Virus record (IMG/VR): IMGVR_UViG_3300029928_000026
Reading direction: 5' to 3' (one strand)
DNA length: 34,877 bases
DNA from: a virus
In this document: piece after piece, positions 1 to 7,524 of the stretch
Layout of the letters: the number at the start of each line of letters is the position of its first letter
Numbering within the stretch: position 1 is the stretch's first letter
The notes under the pieces: generated by a model
What the model saw: only the letters and a program-made list of their open reading frames with translations
Databases searched by the model: none
What the model was told of the DNA's origin: nothing
Made by a program: the position numbers and the translations under genes

Positions 1-431
1 GCGTCGGCGCATCCGTCCGTATGCACCATGAGGGACAATCCGAGGTCCAGCATGACCTCGAACATCCCGTCCTCGCACGCGTTCACGCGTCCGATGTCCA
101 TCAGCTCCCTGAGCGTCCTTCTGTCCATCTTCTCCATATCGTCGGATTCCAGAACCGCTCCGAGGATGTCGGTGCCCTGCGCCTTGTCCTGACCGACCGC
201 ATTGTATCCCATCCTGTAGAGAGCCGATCTGATGAGGGTCAGCCATGCTCCCGCTGTGCTGATGTTATCCGCAATCCAGCGGAACGACTCGATGTCCGAA
301 GTCCCCGATTCCTGCATGAGGTAGGCGTCCTGCACCTTCTTCCTGTCTTCCGAAGGGGAATCGAGGTAGAAATTCACTGCCTCGTCCGCGTCTTCGAAGG
401 TCTTTCCCAATACGATGTATCTCATAGCCAT
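1..431 (-). CDS. Hypothetical protein, truncated by window edge (>143 aa; MAMRYIVLGKTFEDADEAVNFYLD...)
   Basis: Absent from ORF track (no stop in window). Manual translation is open from ATG 431 to base 1. AGGAG SD and a GAACA-type upstream module at 432-471. Confidence 0.8.
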   Translation of the reverse strand, partial: MAMRYIVLGKTFEDADEAVNFYLDSPSEDRKKVQDAYLMQESGTSDIESFRWIADNISTAGAWLTLIRSALYRMGYNAVGQDKAQGTDILGAVLESDDMEKMDRRTLRELMDIGRVNACEDGMFEVMLDLGLSLMVHTDGCAD

Positions 432-482
432 TTCTGTTCTCTCCTTGTTATGTTCTGTTGGTAAATGGTTTGGATTGATGTT

Positions 483-680
483 TCAGTATCCCGAAGGAAC
501 CTCTCCGTGCTTGTCCCATGCGACGGACCTGCCGTCGAGCAGATCCATAAGGACATCGACGTATCTCTCGCGCTCGCATCCCTCGGAGCAGTCCGCAGCC
601 ATGCGGAAATGGTCCGAGGCCTCCTTGAGGCTCGGCCACTCCACACGGTTGCCGTAGCATACCGTCGAAATCATCGGCAT
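483..680 (-). CDS. Small hypothetical protein (65 aa) with a C-S-E-G-C-E-R-E-R-Y motif
   Basis: C-terminal part of track ORF 483..1031. Start re-called at ATG 680 (AGGAG SD), overlapping the stop of the upstream gene. The SEGxERERY motif resembles a small family I recall from phages/ICEs. Confidence 0.75.
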   Translation of the reverse strand: MPMISTVCYGNRVEWPSLKEASDHFRMAADCSEGCERERYVDVLMDLLDGRSVAWDKHGEVPSGY

Positions 681-1024
681 CGTTCTCCTGCGCCGAAGGT
701 ATCGTTGCCTTGTGATTCGTTCTCGATGGTGAACAGCTCCACTCCGAGAAGCCCTTCTCCGACATTCTTCTCGGTCTCTCTCGCCTGATGCATCATGCTG
801 TGCAGGGTGTATATGACGAACCTGCGACGCGCGTCCTCGTCCTCCAGCGAGGTCCACATATATTTGAGGGGAAGTCCGAGGATCTCTCTCATTCTGGATA
901 TGCAAAAATTCGAGATGGCCCTCCTGTCCTCTGCGGAACAGAGGGAGTAAGCGTTCATCGCGGCGTCGATGTTGTTGTACATCCTGCTCATGACATAGAA
1001 TCTGATTCCGATGTTTGTTGACAT
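671..1024 (-). CDS. Hypothetical protein (117 aa)
   Basis: GGTG SD-like site and BRE/TATA promoter upstream; in register with neighbouring genes. Confidence 0.7.
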   Translation of the reverse strand: MSTNIGIRFYVMSRMYNNIDAAMNAYSLCSAEDRRAISNFCISRMREILGLPLKYMWTSLEDEDARRRFVIYTLHSMMHQARETEKNVGEGLLGVELFTIENESQGNDTFGAGERCR

Positions 1025-1055
1025 GTCTCACACCTTGTATTACGTTGTATAACTA

Positions 1056-1086
1056 ACGTATATTAAAAGGTTTAGTGAAAGGGTTT
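1056..1086 (-). promoter_or_regulatory. Archaeal-type promoter (AAACCTTTTAATATA) preceded by a second AAACCCTTT copy
   Basis: Minus strand reads aaaccctttcactaaaccttttaatatacg, about 30-45 nt upstream of ATG 1024. Confidence 0.6.
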
Positions 1087-1089
1087 GCA

Positions 1090-1108
1090 GAGGTCCCGAA
1101 GGGACCTC
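1090..1108 (-). terminator. Perfect 8-bp hairpin GAGGTCCC-N3-GGGACCTC overlapping the stop of the Gp88-like gene
   Basis: Inverted repeat seen directly; terminator function is inferred. Confidence 0.45.
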
Positions 1109-1754
1109 AGAGGATGGTCTGGAACTCCTTGGAGGAGTGGCCGTGGTATCTCAAGGCGATGCGCCTGAATGCCGGCTGGCTGGCGTACCAGTCGTCCTCG
1201 GTGCCGTCCACCCATCCTTCCGGAAGCCTGAAGTCCTTAGGGACCACGATGGCCTGACGGTCCGAGTCCTCGATGAGGCGGTCCTCCAATCCGCCGTAGC
1301 TCATGACCACGGTGAAGTTGTCGGGCAGCTCGGTGCTGTGCATCATGTCCACCATCTTGGTGTATGCGTAGAAGCGCACCTCGGGGAACAGCCTCATGAG
1401 GTCGATCCACCCGTCCAGGTACTCCTGGCAGAAGAAGTCCCCGCTGTCGTGGATCCTCACGTAGGCGGTCTTGTGCATCCTTCTGGCCTGCACCCTGTGG
1501 ACCATCAGCTCGCCTTGGAGCTGTTCCCATAGGGTATCGTCGTCGAACATGGCTCTGTTCTCCTGGTAGGCGTTCAGGACGACCGAGAACATCTGCCTGC
1601 CCTGCTGGGCATAGCAACCCTCCTTGCACTCGTTTGCGTTCGGGCAGGTGTAGAGTGCAGGCATGCTGAACGATGCCAGCTTCATGTCGGGGTGCTTCCC
1701 CATGGTTGCGTCCATCTTTGTGTTCCCCTTGCTCAATGCGTTGTCGTAGCTCAT
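1107..1754 (-). CDS. Gp88-like protein (radical-SAM-like Fe-S fold), 215 aa
   Basis: TCPNANECKEGCYA (CX5CX3C), VRIHDSGDF, RFYAYTK and NFTVVMS motifs match the phage GP88 family. Start re-called at ATG 1754 (GAAGGT SD). Confidence 0.8.
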   Translation of the reverse strand: MSYDNALSKGNTKMDATMGKHPDMKLASFSMPALYTCPNANECKEGCYAQQGRQMFSVVLNAYQENRAMFDDDTLWEQLQGELMVHRVQARRMHKTAYVRIHDSGDFFCQEYLDGWIDLMRLFPEVRFYAYTKMVDMMHSTELPDNFTVVMSYGGLEDRLIEDSDRQAIVVPKDFRLPEGWVDGTEDDWYASQPAFRRIALRYHGHSSKEFQTIL

Positions 1755-1843
1755 ATCTCTACCTTCTTTGTTGTTCGAAGAGGTTTGGAAGAGTTTGGTG
1801 GGGGATCGGTGTTCCCTCCTCGCACCCGATCCCGCGATTCCTG

Positions 1844-2254
1844 TCAGACCTGCACCTTTGCGATCTTCGTGTGGCCCTTCGTGTTCGCAAGGCGAAGGCC
1901 CAGCAGATTGGAGATGCGGCCGTTCCACGACTGTCTCGACAGCCACTTGTCGCCTCTCGCGGACACCGCGCGCACCGACCAGACGTTGGTGCCGTCGTGG
2001 TGGTACGACCGCACCTCCAGCGTGTTCTCGGAAGTCAGGAAGTATTCGACATCCGATATCCCTCCTCCCATCCATGCGACCTTCTCCAGATCGTCCGCGC
2101 TGCCCACCAGCACGGCGGTCATGCGGGGACCTTCCCACGTGCCGATGACCCCGTCCATGACGAGAGGGGTCTTCTCGCACAGGGCTTCGGCGTAGTACAT
2201 CGCCTGCTCGCGGGACAGTCTCTGAGTCTTCTCCTGCATATCTGTTCTGTACAT
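1844..2254 (-). CDS. Hypothetical protein (136 aa; contains SYHHDGTN)
   Basis: C-terminal part of track ORF 1844..2821. ATG 2254 lies 9 nt after AGGAG. Confidence 0.75.
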   Translation of the reverse strand: MYRTDMQEKTQRLSREQAMYYAEALCEKTPLVMDGVIGTWEGPRMTAVLVGSADDLEKVAWMGGGISDVEYFLTSENTLEVRSYHHDGTNVWSVRAVSARGDKWLSRQSWNGRISNLLGLRLANTKGHTKIAKVQV

Positions 2255-2316
2255 TCTGCATATCTCCTTGTTCTGTTCTTGAAATGGTTTCGTAAAGGGT
2301 TTGAAGTGGTGTCCGT

Positions 2317-2661
2317 TCAGACGATCCTCTTCTCGGCGGCGTAGGCGTCGCTGTACCACAGCGTCCTGACGACCAGCTCGTCGAACCGGTTTCTGGCTTC
2401 CGACTCCGTGAAGTCGTACTCTCCGTTCGACCACCATGCGCGAGGGGTGCTGTTGCCGTCGTCGTCGGGAATGATTCCGAGGTTCTTCCCGATGACGTAG
2501 TCGCCGGTGGCTTCGCGGCGACCCATACATATGAGTTCGAAACCGTTTGAGATGCCTATCGCGCATATCTCGACCGAGAAGTTCCAAAGGGATCCCCTCT
2601 CGGCGAGGATGTCGATCATCTTTCCGATCTGCTGCACGTCTGCTCCTGCTCCAGTCAACAT
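2317..2661 (-). CDS. Hypothetical protein (114 aa)
   Basis: Start re-called at ATG 2661, 9 nt after AGGAG; conserved upstream module. Confidence 0.75.
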   Translation of the reverse strand: MLTGAGADVQQIGKMIDILAERGSLWNFSVEICAIGISNGFELICMGRREATGDYVIGKNLGIIPDDDGNSTPRAWWSNGEYDFTESEARNRFDELVVRTLWYSDAYAAEKRIV

Positions 2662-2760
2662 TTTCCATGTCTCCTTGTTCTGTTCTTGAAACGGTTTGTT
2701 CTGTTCGGTTGTTCGGTGGGGAGTCGGTGTTCTCACCTCGCACTCGACCCCGTTCGATGC

Positions 2761-3117
2761 TCACTCCTTCCAGCCTTCCTCCGTCATCCAGTTCTTGATC
2801 CACTGAAGATAGTCGGGACACGGCTCGACGTCGTACAGGACCGCCAAGGTCAGCTTGACTGCATTCGTGAGACTGAATCTTCCATACATCATCGACTCAT
2901 TGTCGATGACATCTTTGAGAATCCCGTTCAGGCGGATGTCCGCCTTGTCCTTCGGAACCATCCACGAATGTCCGTCCAGATAGTCCGACAGGTACAGGTA
3001 CAGGTCCTTGTCCTCCCTGTGAACCCACATCTCCCTGTAGAATCCCGCAGGGCAGCCGATGTAGCCGCTTACCGCTTCCTTCAGTCCGTGGACTTTGAAC
3101 TTGCCTATGTATATCAT
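2761..3117 (-). CDS. Hypothetical protein (118 aa)
   Basis: AGGAGGTG SD; ATGA overlap with the upstream gene stop. Confidence 0.75.
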   Translation of the reverse strand: MIYIGKFKVHGLKEAVSGYIGCPAGFYREMWVHREDKDLYLYLSDYLDGHSWMVPKDKADIRLNGILKDVIDNESMMYGRFSLTNAVKLTLAVLYDVEPCPDYLQWIKNWMTEEGWKE

Positions 3118-3446
3118 TCCTCGCACCTCCTTTCTGCGCAGTCCATGTCGAACCCGCATATTCTGAATGCTATGATGGACGGCTCTCCGTCGAAGGTGAT
3201 GCTCTTCATCGTCCATTGGTACCCAGGGGTTCCGCGGAACCTCCCGCCTGTCCGATTGATACGGATTGCGATCACCCTCTTCGTTGTTCTGAGCCGTATG
3301 AAATCCACATACGGGTCCAGCCCTTCGGCGATGCACTGCGCCTTGTAGCCGTCGATGAACTTCTTGAGCCACCTGCGGGATTTATAGTACTTGCATATCA
3401 GACCCTTGCGAGGGTCAAAGCAATAGACATTGTACTCTTCGCTCAT
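3114..3446 (-). CDS. Hypothetical protein (110 aa)
   Basis: GAGGAGG SD; coupled to neighbours. Confidence 0.7.
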   Translation of the reverse strand: MSEEYNVYCFDPRKGLICKYYKSRRWLKKFIDGYKAQCIAEGLDPYVDFIRLRTTKRVIAIRINRTGGRFRGTPGYQWTMKSITFDGEPSIIAFRICGFDMDCAERRCEE

Positions 3447-3447
3447 C

Positions 3448-3810
3448 TCAATCCTCCTCCTCGAACGAGTATGCCTCGAACAAGTACGGACACTCGTCGT
3501 TCCATGCGACTCTGAAGATCCCGCTGTAATCGACGGCGATCAGTCCGACATCCAGTCCGTCCGCGCAGTGCGGATCCCCGATATCGACGGTCGTCAGCCC
3601 GATGTTCAGTCCGTCGGGGTTCTGCTCGCACAGAACCTGGCACAGGCGTGCCATGCCGTACTCCGCGTCATCCGCGGGGTCGCGGTACCCTCTGGACATC
3701 ATCTCCTTGATCGCGTCCCACAGTGCCTGTCTGTTGAACCAGTGGACGTAGATGCCCACGGTGACGGTGGTCCTGACTCCGGTCGATACGATGATTGCTC
3801 TGTTTCCCAT
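3448..3810 (-). CDS. Hypothetical protein of the MGNRA...IYxHW...YGxARLxQ phage/MGE family (120 aa)
   Basis: N-terminal MGNRAII, GIYVHW and GYRDP..YGMARLCQV pattern recalled from phage/ICE hypotheticals; GAGGT SD. Confidence 0.75.
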   Translation of the reverse strand: MGNRAIIVSTGVRTTVTVGIYVHWFNRQALWDAIKEMMSRGYRDPADDAEYGMARLCQVLCEQNPDGLNIGLTTVDIGDPHCADGLDVGLIAVDYSGIFRVAWNDECPYLFEAYSFEEED

Positions 3811-3916
3811 TTCAATAACCTCTTTTGTTCTGTTCTTTCAAGGCGTTTGTCAGATCGGTTCTTGGCTGTGGGGTCGCTGTTCTCTCATCGTCAGCCGACC
3901 CCGCGCGGTCGCGGAC

Positions 3917-4330
3917 TCACCACCACATTTCGGAGTCGTCCACGTCGATGTCGTAGCCGCCGTCTATCTTCAGGATGTCCATGAATGTTCCGATGGCGTC
4001 CTCGACCTCGTCCGCGACCGCTTCATCGATGTCGTCGTCGGACGTCGTTCTTGCATCGATGTGCAGGTCGATCCACGCGGTGAAGGTGCGCACGGTCTGA
4101 AGGTTCTCGACTCCGTTCCGTCCGAAGTCCTCGACCTCATCGGAATAGGTCACATCCCACGAATCGAAGATGTTGTCCGCTATCTCCGTGCTCTCCTTCC
4201 TGACGGCCTTCTCGAAGTCGTCGGTCTCCGTGTTGGTCCTGAACTCGACCTTCACGTTCACGCTCGTGACTCTCCAGCATTCGCCTGCATCGAGTCTCCA
4301 GGTTCCGTCTTCCCAGCTCTGCTGTGCCAT
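3917..4330 (-). CDS. Highly acidic hypothetical protein (137 aa)
   Basis: C-terminal part of track ORF 3917..5386. ATG 4330 follows GAGGT. 37 D/E versus 11 K/R by my count. Confidence 0.8.
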   Translation of the reverse strand: MAQQSWEDGTWRLDAGECWRVTSVNVKVEFRTNTETDDFEKAVRKESTEIADNIFDSWDVTYSDEVEDFGRNGVENLQTVRTFTAWIDLHIDARTTSDDDIDEAVADEVEDAIGTFMDILKIDGGYDIDVDDSEMWW

Positions 4331-4428
4331 ATCTCTTACCTCTTCTGTTCTGTTCTTGAAACGGTTTCGATAGAAGGTGTTGGCTGGCGGGTCGCTGTTC
4401 TCTCCTCGCACACGACCCAGTTCATGAT

Positions 4429-4758
4429 TCAGTAGTACGACGACTCGTACTCGGGCTTGCCCTTCCAAGGGTATGCGTTCGCAAAACTGCTGATGCTCAC
4501 CGCCTTGTAAGCGGTGTTCACTCTTCTGCGCATCGGCGCGGACCTGATGCGGGACTTGTCTGGAACCACATATCCCGACATGGGGCCTATCGATTCCGAG
4601 CGACGCGACCCTATCTCCTGGATGACGACCGTCTTCGCGGTTCTGTCCAGGACGATGTAGAAGTCCGTGTTCGTCTGCTCGTATCCCCACTGGGACACAA
4701 GGACGTCTCCGACGTCGAATCCGTCGTTCATGCTCACTGCCGCCTTCTTTGCTGCCAT
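4429..4758 (-). CDS. Hypothetical protein of the GDxLxSxWGYEQTNxDFY family (109 aa)
   Basis: WGYEQTN motif and C-terminal W-K-G-K-P...S-Y pattern recalled from phage/plasmid hypotheticals; GAGGT SD 7 nt before ATG 4758. Confidence 0.8.
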   Translation of the reverse strand: MAAKKAAVSMNDGFDVGDVLVSQWGYEQTNTDFYIVLDRTAKTVVIQEIGSRRSESIGPMSGYVVPDKSRIRSAPMRRRVNTAYKAVSISSFANAYPWKGKPEYESSYY

Positions 4759-4784
4759 TTTCATTACCTCTTCTGTTCTGTTGT

Positions 4785-4802
4785 GAGGGGAGTCCTCCCC
4801 TC
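4785..4802. terminator. Hairpin GAGGGGA-N4-TCCCCTC just after the stop of 4810..5538
   Basis: 7-bp perfect stem; same stem family as 22209-22226 and 34693-34710. Confidence 0.5.
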
Positions 4803-4809
4803 GGGGTGT

Positions 4810-5538
4810 TCACCAATCGAAGCTCCCTGAATCCCATGCGGTATCCTCGGGAACCGCCAGCCATATCGTGCGCTCGCCCTCGTCCTCGAACGGGCTGACG
4901 ATGCGCGCTCCTCCGACGTTCTCCGCCTGCTCGATGAACGTCTTGACTTCCTCTTCGCTCCTGTGTCTCGTGTGGGACAGGATGACTGGGGGATCGCTCA
5001 TCGCCACGACCTTCACCGTGTAAGTCTCCATCGGAACGGCTTCGAGCTGGGTGAAGGTGTCGCCTGTGTACCTGACGGTGTACCAGTTGAGCTTCTCGTC
5101 CAATCCTCTCGAAGAGTCGAGATGGTCTACCAGCTCGTGGAACGGGAAGATGGCCGCGCCGTCCTCCGTCTCGACGAATGTCAGGATGTCCTGCGAGTCT
5201 GCGCACTCTATCCCGAGGTACTTGGAGCCTGTGTAGCTCCATCCTGGAAGAATCAGCCCATCGACGAGATCGACATCCTGAATCAGGATGTCGTCGATGC
5301 GCTGGATGACCGCATCGGTCAGCACTTCGGGTCTCAGGACCTTGCTGGGCTCGACGACCCTGCCGTTGAGTTCGAAGTCGGACCATTCGTAGTCCGCGTA
5401 GTCGCGGACTTCCTGCCAGCCCATCCGCGCGACAAGGCGTGTCGCGTAGGCGCGGCGTATCTCGTCTGCATTGTTGCAGACTACGAGGGATTCGCCGGTC
5501 GAGTTGTTGCGGATCATGTACTTCATTGTTGCCTTCAT
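4810..5538 (-). CDS. Hypothetical protein (242 aa, acidic)
   Basis: AGGAG SD, conserved upstream module, typical codon usage. Confidence 0.8.
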   Translation of the reverse strand: MKATMKYMIRNNSTGESLVVCNNADEIRRAYATRLVARMGWQEVRDYADYEWSDFELNGRVVEPSKVLRPEVLTDAVIQRIDDILIQDVDLVDGLILPGWSYTGSKYLGIECADSQDILTFVETEDGAAIFPFHELVDHLDSSRGLDEKLNWYTVRYTGDTFTQLEAVPMETYTVKVVAMSDPPVILSHTRHRSEEEVKTFIEQAENVGGARIVSPFEDEGERTIWLAVPEDTAWDSGSFDW

Positions 5539-5642
5539 TTCTATTTCTCTCCTTGTTCTGTTCTTTTAAGGCGTTTGAATGGCGGTTATCGGCTGGGGGG
5601 TCGGTGTTCCCTCCTCGTCATCCGACCCCGTTCACTGCGTCG

Positions 5643-6131
5643 TCACTCGTTGCGAACGACCTTGTAGTTGCGGTAGCTGGTGGTGTACGCCTTCAGCTCC
5701 TTCATGAAGGACTCGGGCATCCGCTCATCAAGGCGTTCCAGTCCGCGCTTCGTCTTGAGCGTTCCGATGAGCGCCGATAGACGGGCTTTCTCGTTGCGTC
5801 CGATGAGCTCCTCCCCGATGTCGATGGCGAGCTTCCAGTACATCGGATGTTCGTCCAGGAAGCCCTTGAAATCGGTCTTCTCCGCATGAGCGATGACGAG
5901 TTTGAGATCATCCGCGTTCACGGTGGTGATCTCCTTCTTGCCGACCTCTTCGAGATAGGCGACGATGCCGTCTATTTCGGCGGTGGCTTCGTCCTCCTGC
6001 GCCTTGAAACGCTCGGCGTTCTCGTGGGCGATGCTCTTCTCTCTGATACGGGAGTTGAGCATCTCCATAAGCTCGGAGTCCGAGAGCTGGGAGTAGTCGA
6101 TTTCGGGGGTGCTGGTCTTTTTCGTTGCCAT
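5643..6131 (-). CDS. Hypothetical coiled-coil protein (162 aa)
   Basis: Start re-called at ATG 6131 (GAGGT SD); heptad-like charged N-terminal half. Confidence 0.8.
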   Translation of the reverse strand: MATKKTSTPEIDYSQLSDSELMEMLNSRIREKSIAHENAERFKAQEDEATAEIDGIVAYLEEVGKKEITTVNADDLKLVIAHAEKTDFKGFLDEHPMYWKLAIDIGEELIGRNEKARLSALIGTLKTKRGLERLDERMPESFMKELKAYTTSYRNYKVVRNE

Positions 6132-6242
6132 TTTTATTACCTCTCTGTTCTGTTCTTGAAACGGTTTCATCAAAGCGTTTGAACGGCGGTTGTCGGGTGG
6201 CGGATCGCTGTTCTCTCATCGCAGCCGACCCAGTTCCGAAGC

Positions 6243-6413
6243 TCAGCTTCTGTATCTCTGGTCTGCGGTTTCGAGATAGCACCCTTGAGATGCCATCTCG
6301 CGCCTTACATCGTCCTCGATGTCCTCGTGCGAACGCCTGTCGAATCCCGTCTGGCGGTTGTAGATGTCGTTCACGACGTCTTGTATTTCGCACCATGTAA
6401 CACAGCCTGCCAT
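6243..6413 (-). CDS. Small hypothetical protein (56 aa; MAGCVTWCEIQDVVNDIYNRQTG...)
   Basis: Below the track length cutoff. Manually translated; GAGGT SD 7 nt upstream; fills the gap between promoters and the next module. Confidence 0.7.
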   Translation of the reverse strand: MAGCVTWCEIQDVVNDIYNRQTGFDRRSHEDIEDDVRREMASQGCYLETADQRYRS

Positions 6414-6516
6414 TTTCTCTACCTCTTTGCAGATGTCCTTTCAGACAAACGCGGTTCGGGGCGCGGGGGGTCGCGGGTGGATCCGTGTTCGCGCTCGATG
6501 CCGTCTCGATTCCCTG

Positions 6517-6583
6517 AAGGGTTAAAAGGTTTCAACTTACACAAGTCATAATTGTATTGTTAAAGGGTTTAGATAAGAAGTTT
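6517..6583 (-). promoter_or_regulatory. Tandem leftward BRE/TATA-like promoters (AAACCCTTTAACAATA; AAACCTTTTAACC)
   Basis: AT-rich boxes at 6555-6570 and 6517-6532, upstream of the leftward array. Confidence 0.5.
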
Positions 6584-6785
6584 AGCCGATTGTGACGATA
6601 CAATCGGTAGCGGTTGGGTGATGAAATTCCAGTATGCGCGGTCTCGACTCTCCATAGTCGAGATAAACCGAGATAGCGTACTTGAGGATGCGGTGAACGT
6701 CGGACAAGTTCGATACTATGCAGTCGTCGAACTCGTGGTATCTGTTCGCGTTGTCGATGCTAAAAATCTGAATCGTGTACTTCAT
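6582..6785 (-). CDS. Hypothetical protein (67 aa, lower GC)
   Basis: GAGGT SD 7 nt upstream; upstream AAACTTTTTAACCC TATA-like box near 6847-6860. Confidence 0.7.
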   Translation of the reverse strand: MKYTIQIFSIDNANRYHEFDDCIVSNLSDVHRILKYAISVYLDYGESRPRILEFHHPTATDCIVTIG

Positions 6786-7111
6786 TTCAATTACCTCTTT
6801 TAGTGTGAGCTAAGAAGTTTGTTGAATGTTCATTTTTTTTAGAATGGGTTAAAAAGTTTGTTGGATGTGACACATCCGCAGGTTATAGGATATAACTATG
6901 TCTACTCGATATCGAGTAGACATAAAGCCTTGTCGGGTTGTCAATCCGACTCTTTTCGCACTTGCGACGTGTCCGAGGCTTTTAGACACGTGCGCGTTCC
7001 GCGTGTATATGCGCGTGGCGTGTACGTCACGCGTCTTTTACGACGCATGGCGCGCATACCGTGCATCACGCGTTTTTTAGACGCATGACGCACGCCACGC
7101 ATGACGCGGAT

Positions 7112-7196
7112 AAATCGCGTCGTCATTCGACGGCGCGATTTAGCCTAAGAAGGCTCGCGTTACTGAGTCAGTAATAGACGTATCTGACTTGACTCA
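7112..7196. repeat. Cluster of inverted repeats in the strand-switch region
   Basis: 13-bp stem at 7112-7141 (one G-T pair, 4-nt loop); AGCCT/AGGCT at 7142-7155; TGAGTCA/TGACTCA at 7164-7196. Confidence 0.7.
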
Positions 7197-7375
7197 ACGG
7201 GGCGGACATAGCTCTCATATGTATATAAATGTAATTATTTGGTTTACATTAGCCTATATAACATACAAAACGTAACATATGGATGTTATGCCATGCTATT
7301 GTATAGCACGCCTACGTGTCGCTATACGGGTCAGGGGGGATCTGGGTATGCGGGGTTGTAAAAATCCCTCGCGTC

Positions 7376-7467
7376 GAAAAATCAACCCTATATAGCTCGA
7401 AAAATCAGCCCTATACAGCTCGAACCACCGGTCCTATACAGCTTCGCGGTCCCGCCCGATATAGCTC
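7376..7467 (+). repeat. Four imperfect 23-bp tandem repeats with core CCCTATA(T/C)AGCTC
   Basis: Units start at 7376, 7399, 7422 and 7445; further CCCTATAT-like cores at 7472, 7493 and 7517. Confidence 0.8.
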
Positions 7468-7524
7468 CGCACCCTATATCGCGCAGCCGAATCCCATATA
7501 TAGGCGGAAGGACTGTCCCTATAT

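Larger units (their letters stand above)
432..6231 (-). repeat. Dispersed intergenic module. Hairpin copies at 1802-1833, 2718-2751, 3870-3902, 4389-4418, 5597-5629, 6202-6231. AAAC..TTT / GAACAGAACA / SD copies at about 432-471, 1755-1797, 2262-2302, 2669-2714, 3811-3848, 4331-4368, 4759-4783, 5539-5576, 6132-6180
   Basis: Direct sequence comparison, e.g. tctgttctgttcttgaaacggtttc is identical at 4344-4368 and 6144-6168, and 22 nt of it recur at 2676-2697. Confidence 0.92.

Noticed and set aside
3870-3902. Hammerhead ribozyme (CTGACGA...GAA in one hairpin copy)
   Set aside because: Stem II would be about 1 bp, GAAA is GAAC, and four of six copies lack the A of CUGA, so the catalytic core is not conserved.
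1107-5386. Long track ORFs 1107..2261, 1844..2821, 2761..3372 and 3917..5386 as full-length proteins
   Set aside because: Their N-terminal parts run through other genes or intergenic modules in shadow frames. The real starts sit at SD-linked ATGs (1754, 2254, 3117, 4330).
5643-6131. Gam-like or Gp157-like assignment for the coiled-coil protein
   Set aside because: Only generic coiled-coil similarity; no family-specific motif that I can verify.
432-6231. CRISPR array or mini-array interpretation of the dispersed repeats
   Set aside because: Repeats are imperfect and separated by 400-1200 nt of intact ORFs rather than 30-40-nt spacers; no cas genes.
1802-6231. Classical integron attC sites
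   Set aside because: No RYYYAAC/GTTRRRY R-boxes frame the hairpins and no tyrosine recombinase is in the window. Kept only as a loose analogy.
6800-7520. tRNA or other known ncRNA in the long non-coding gap
   Set aside because: No cloverleaf, T-loop (GTTCRA) in proper context or CCA end recognised.
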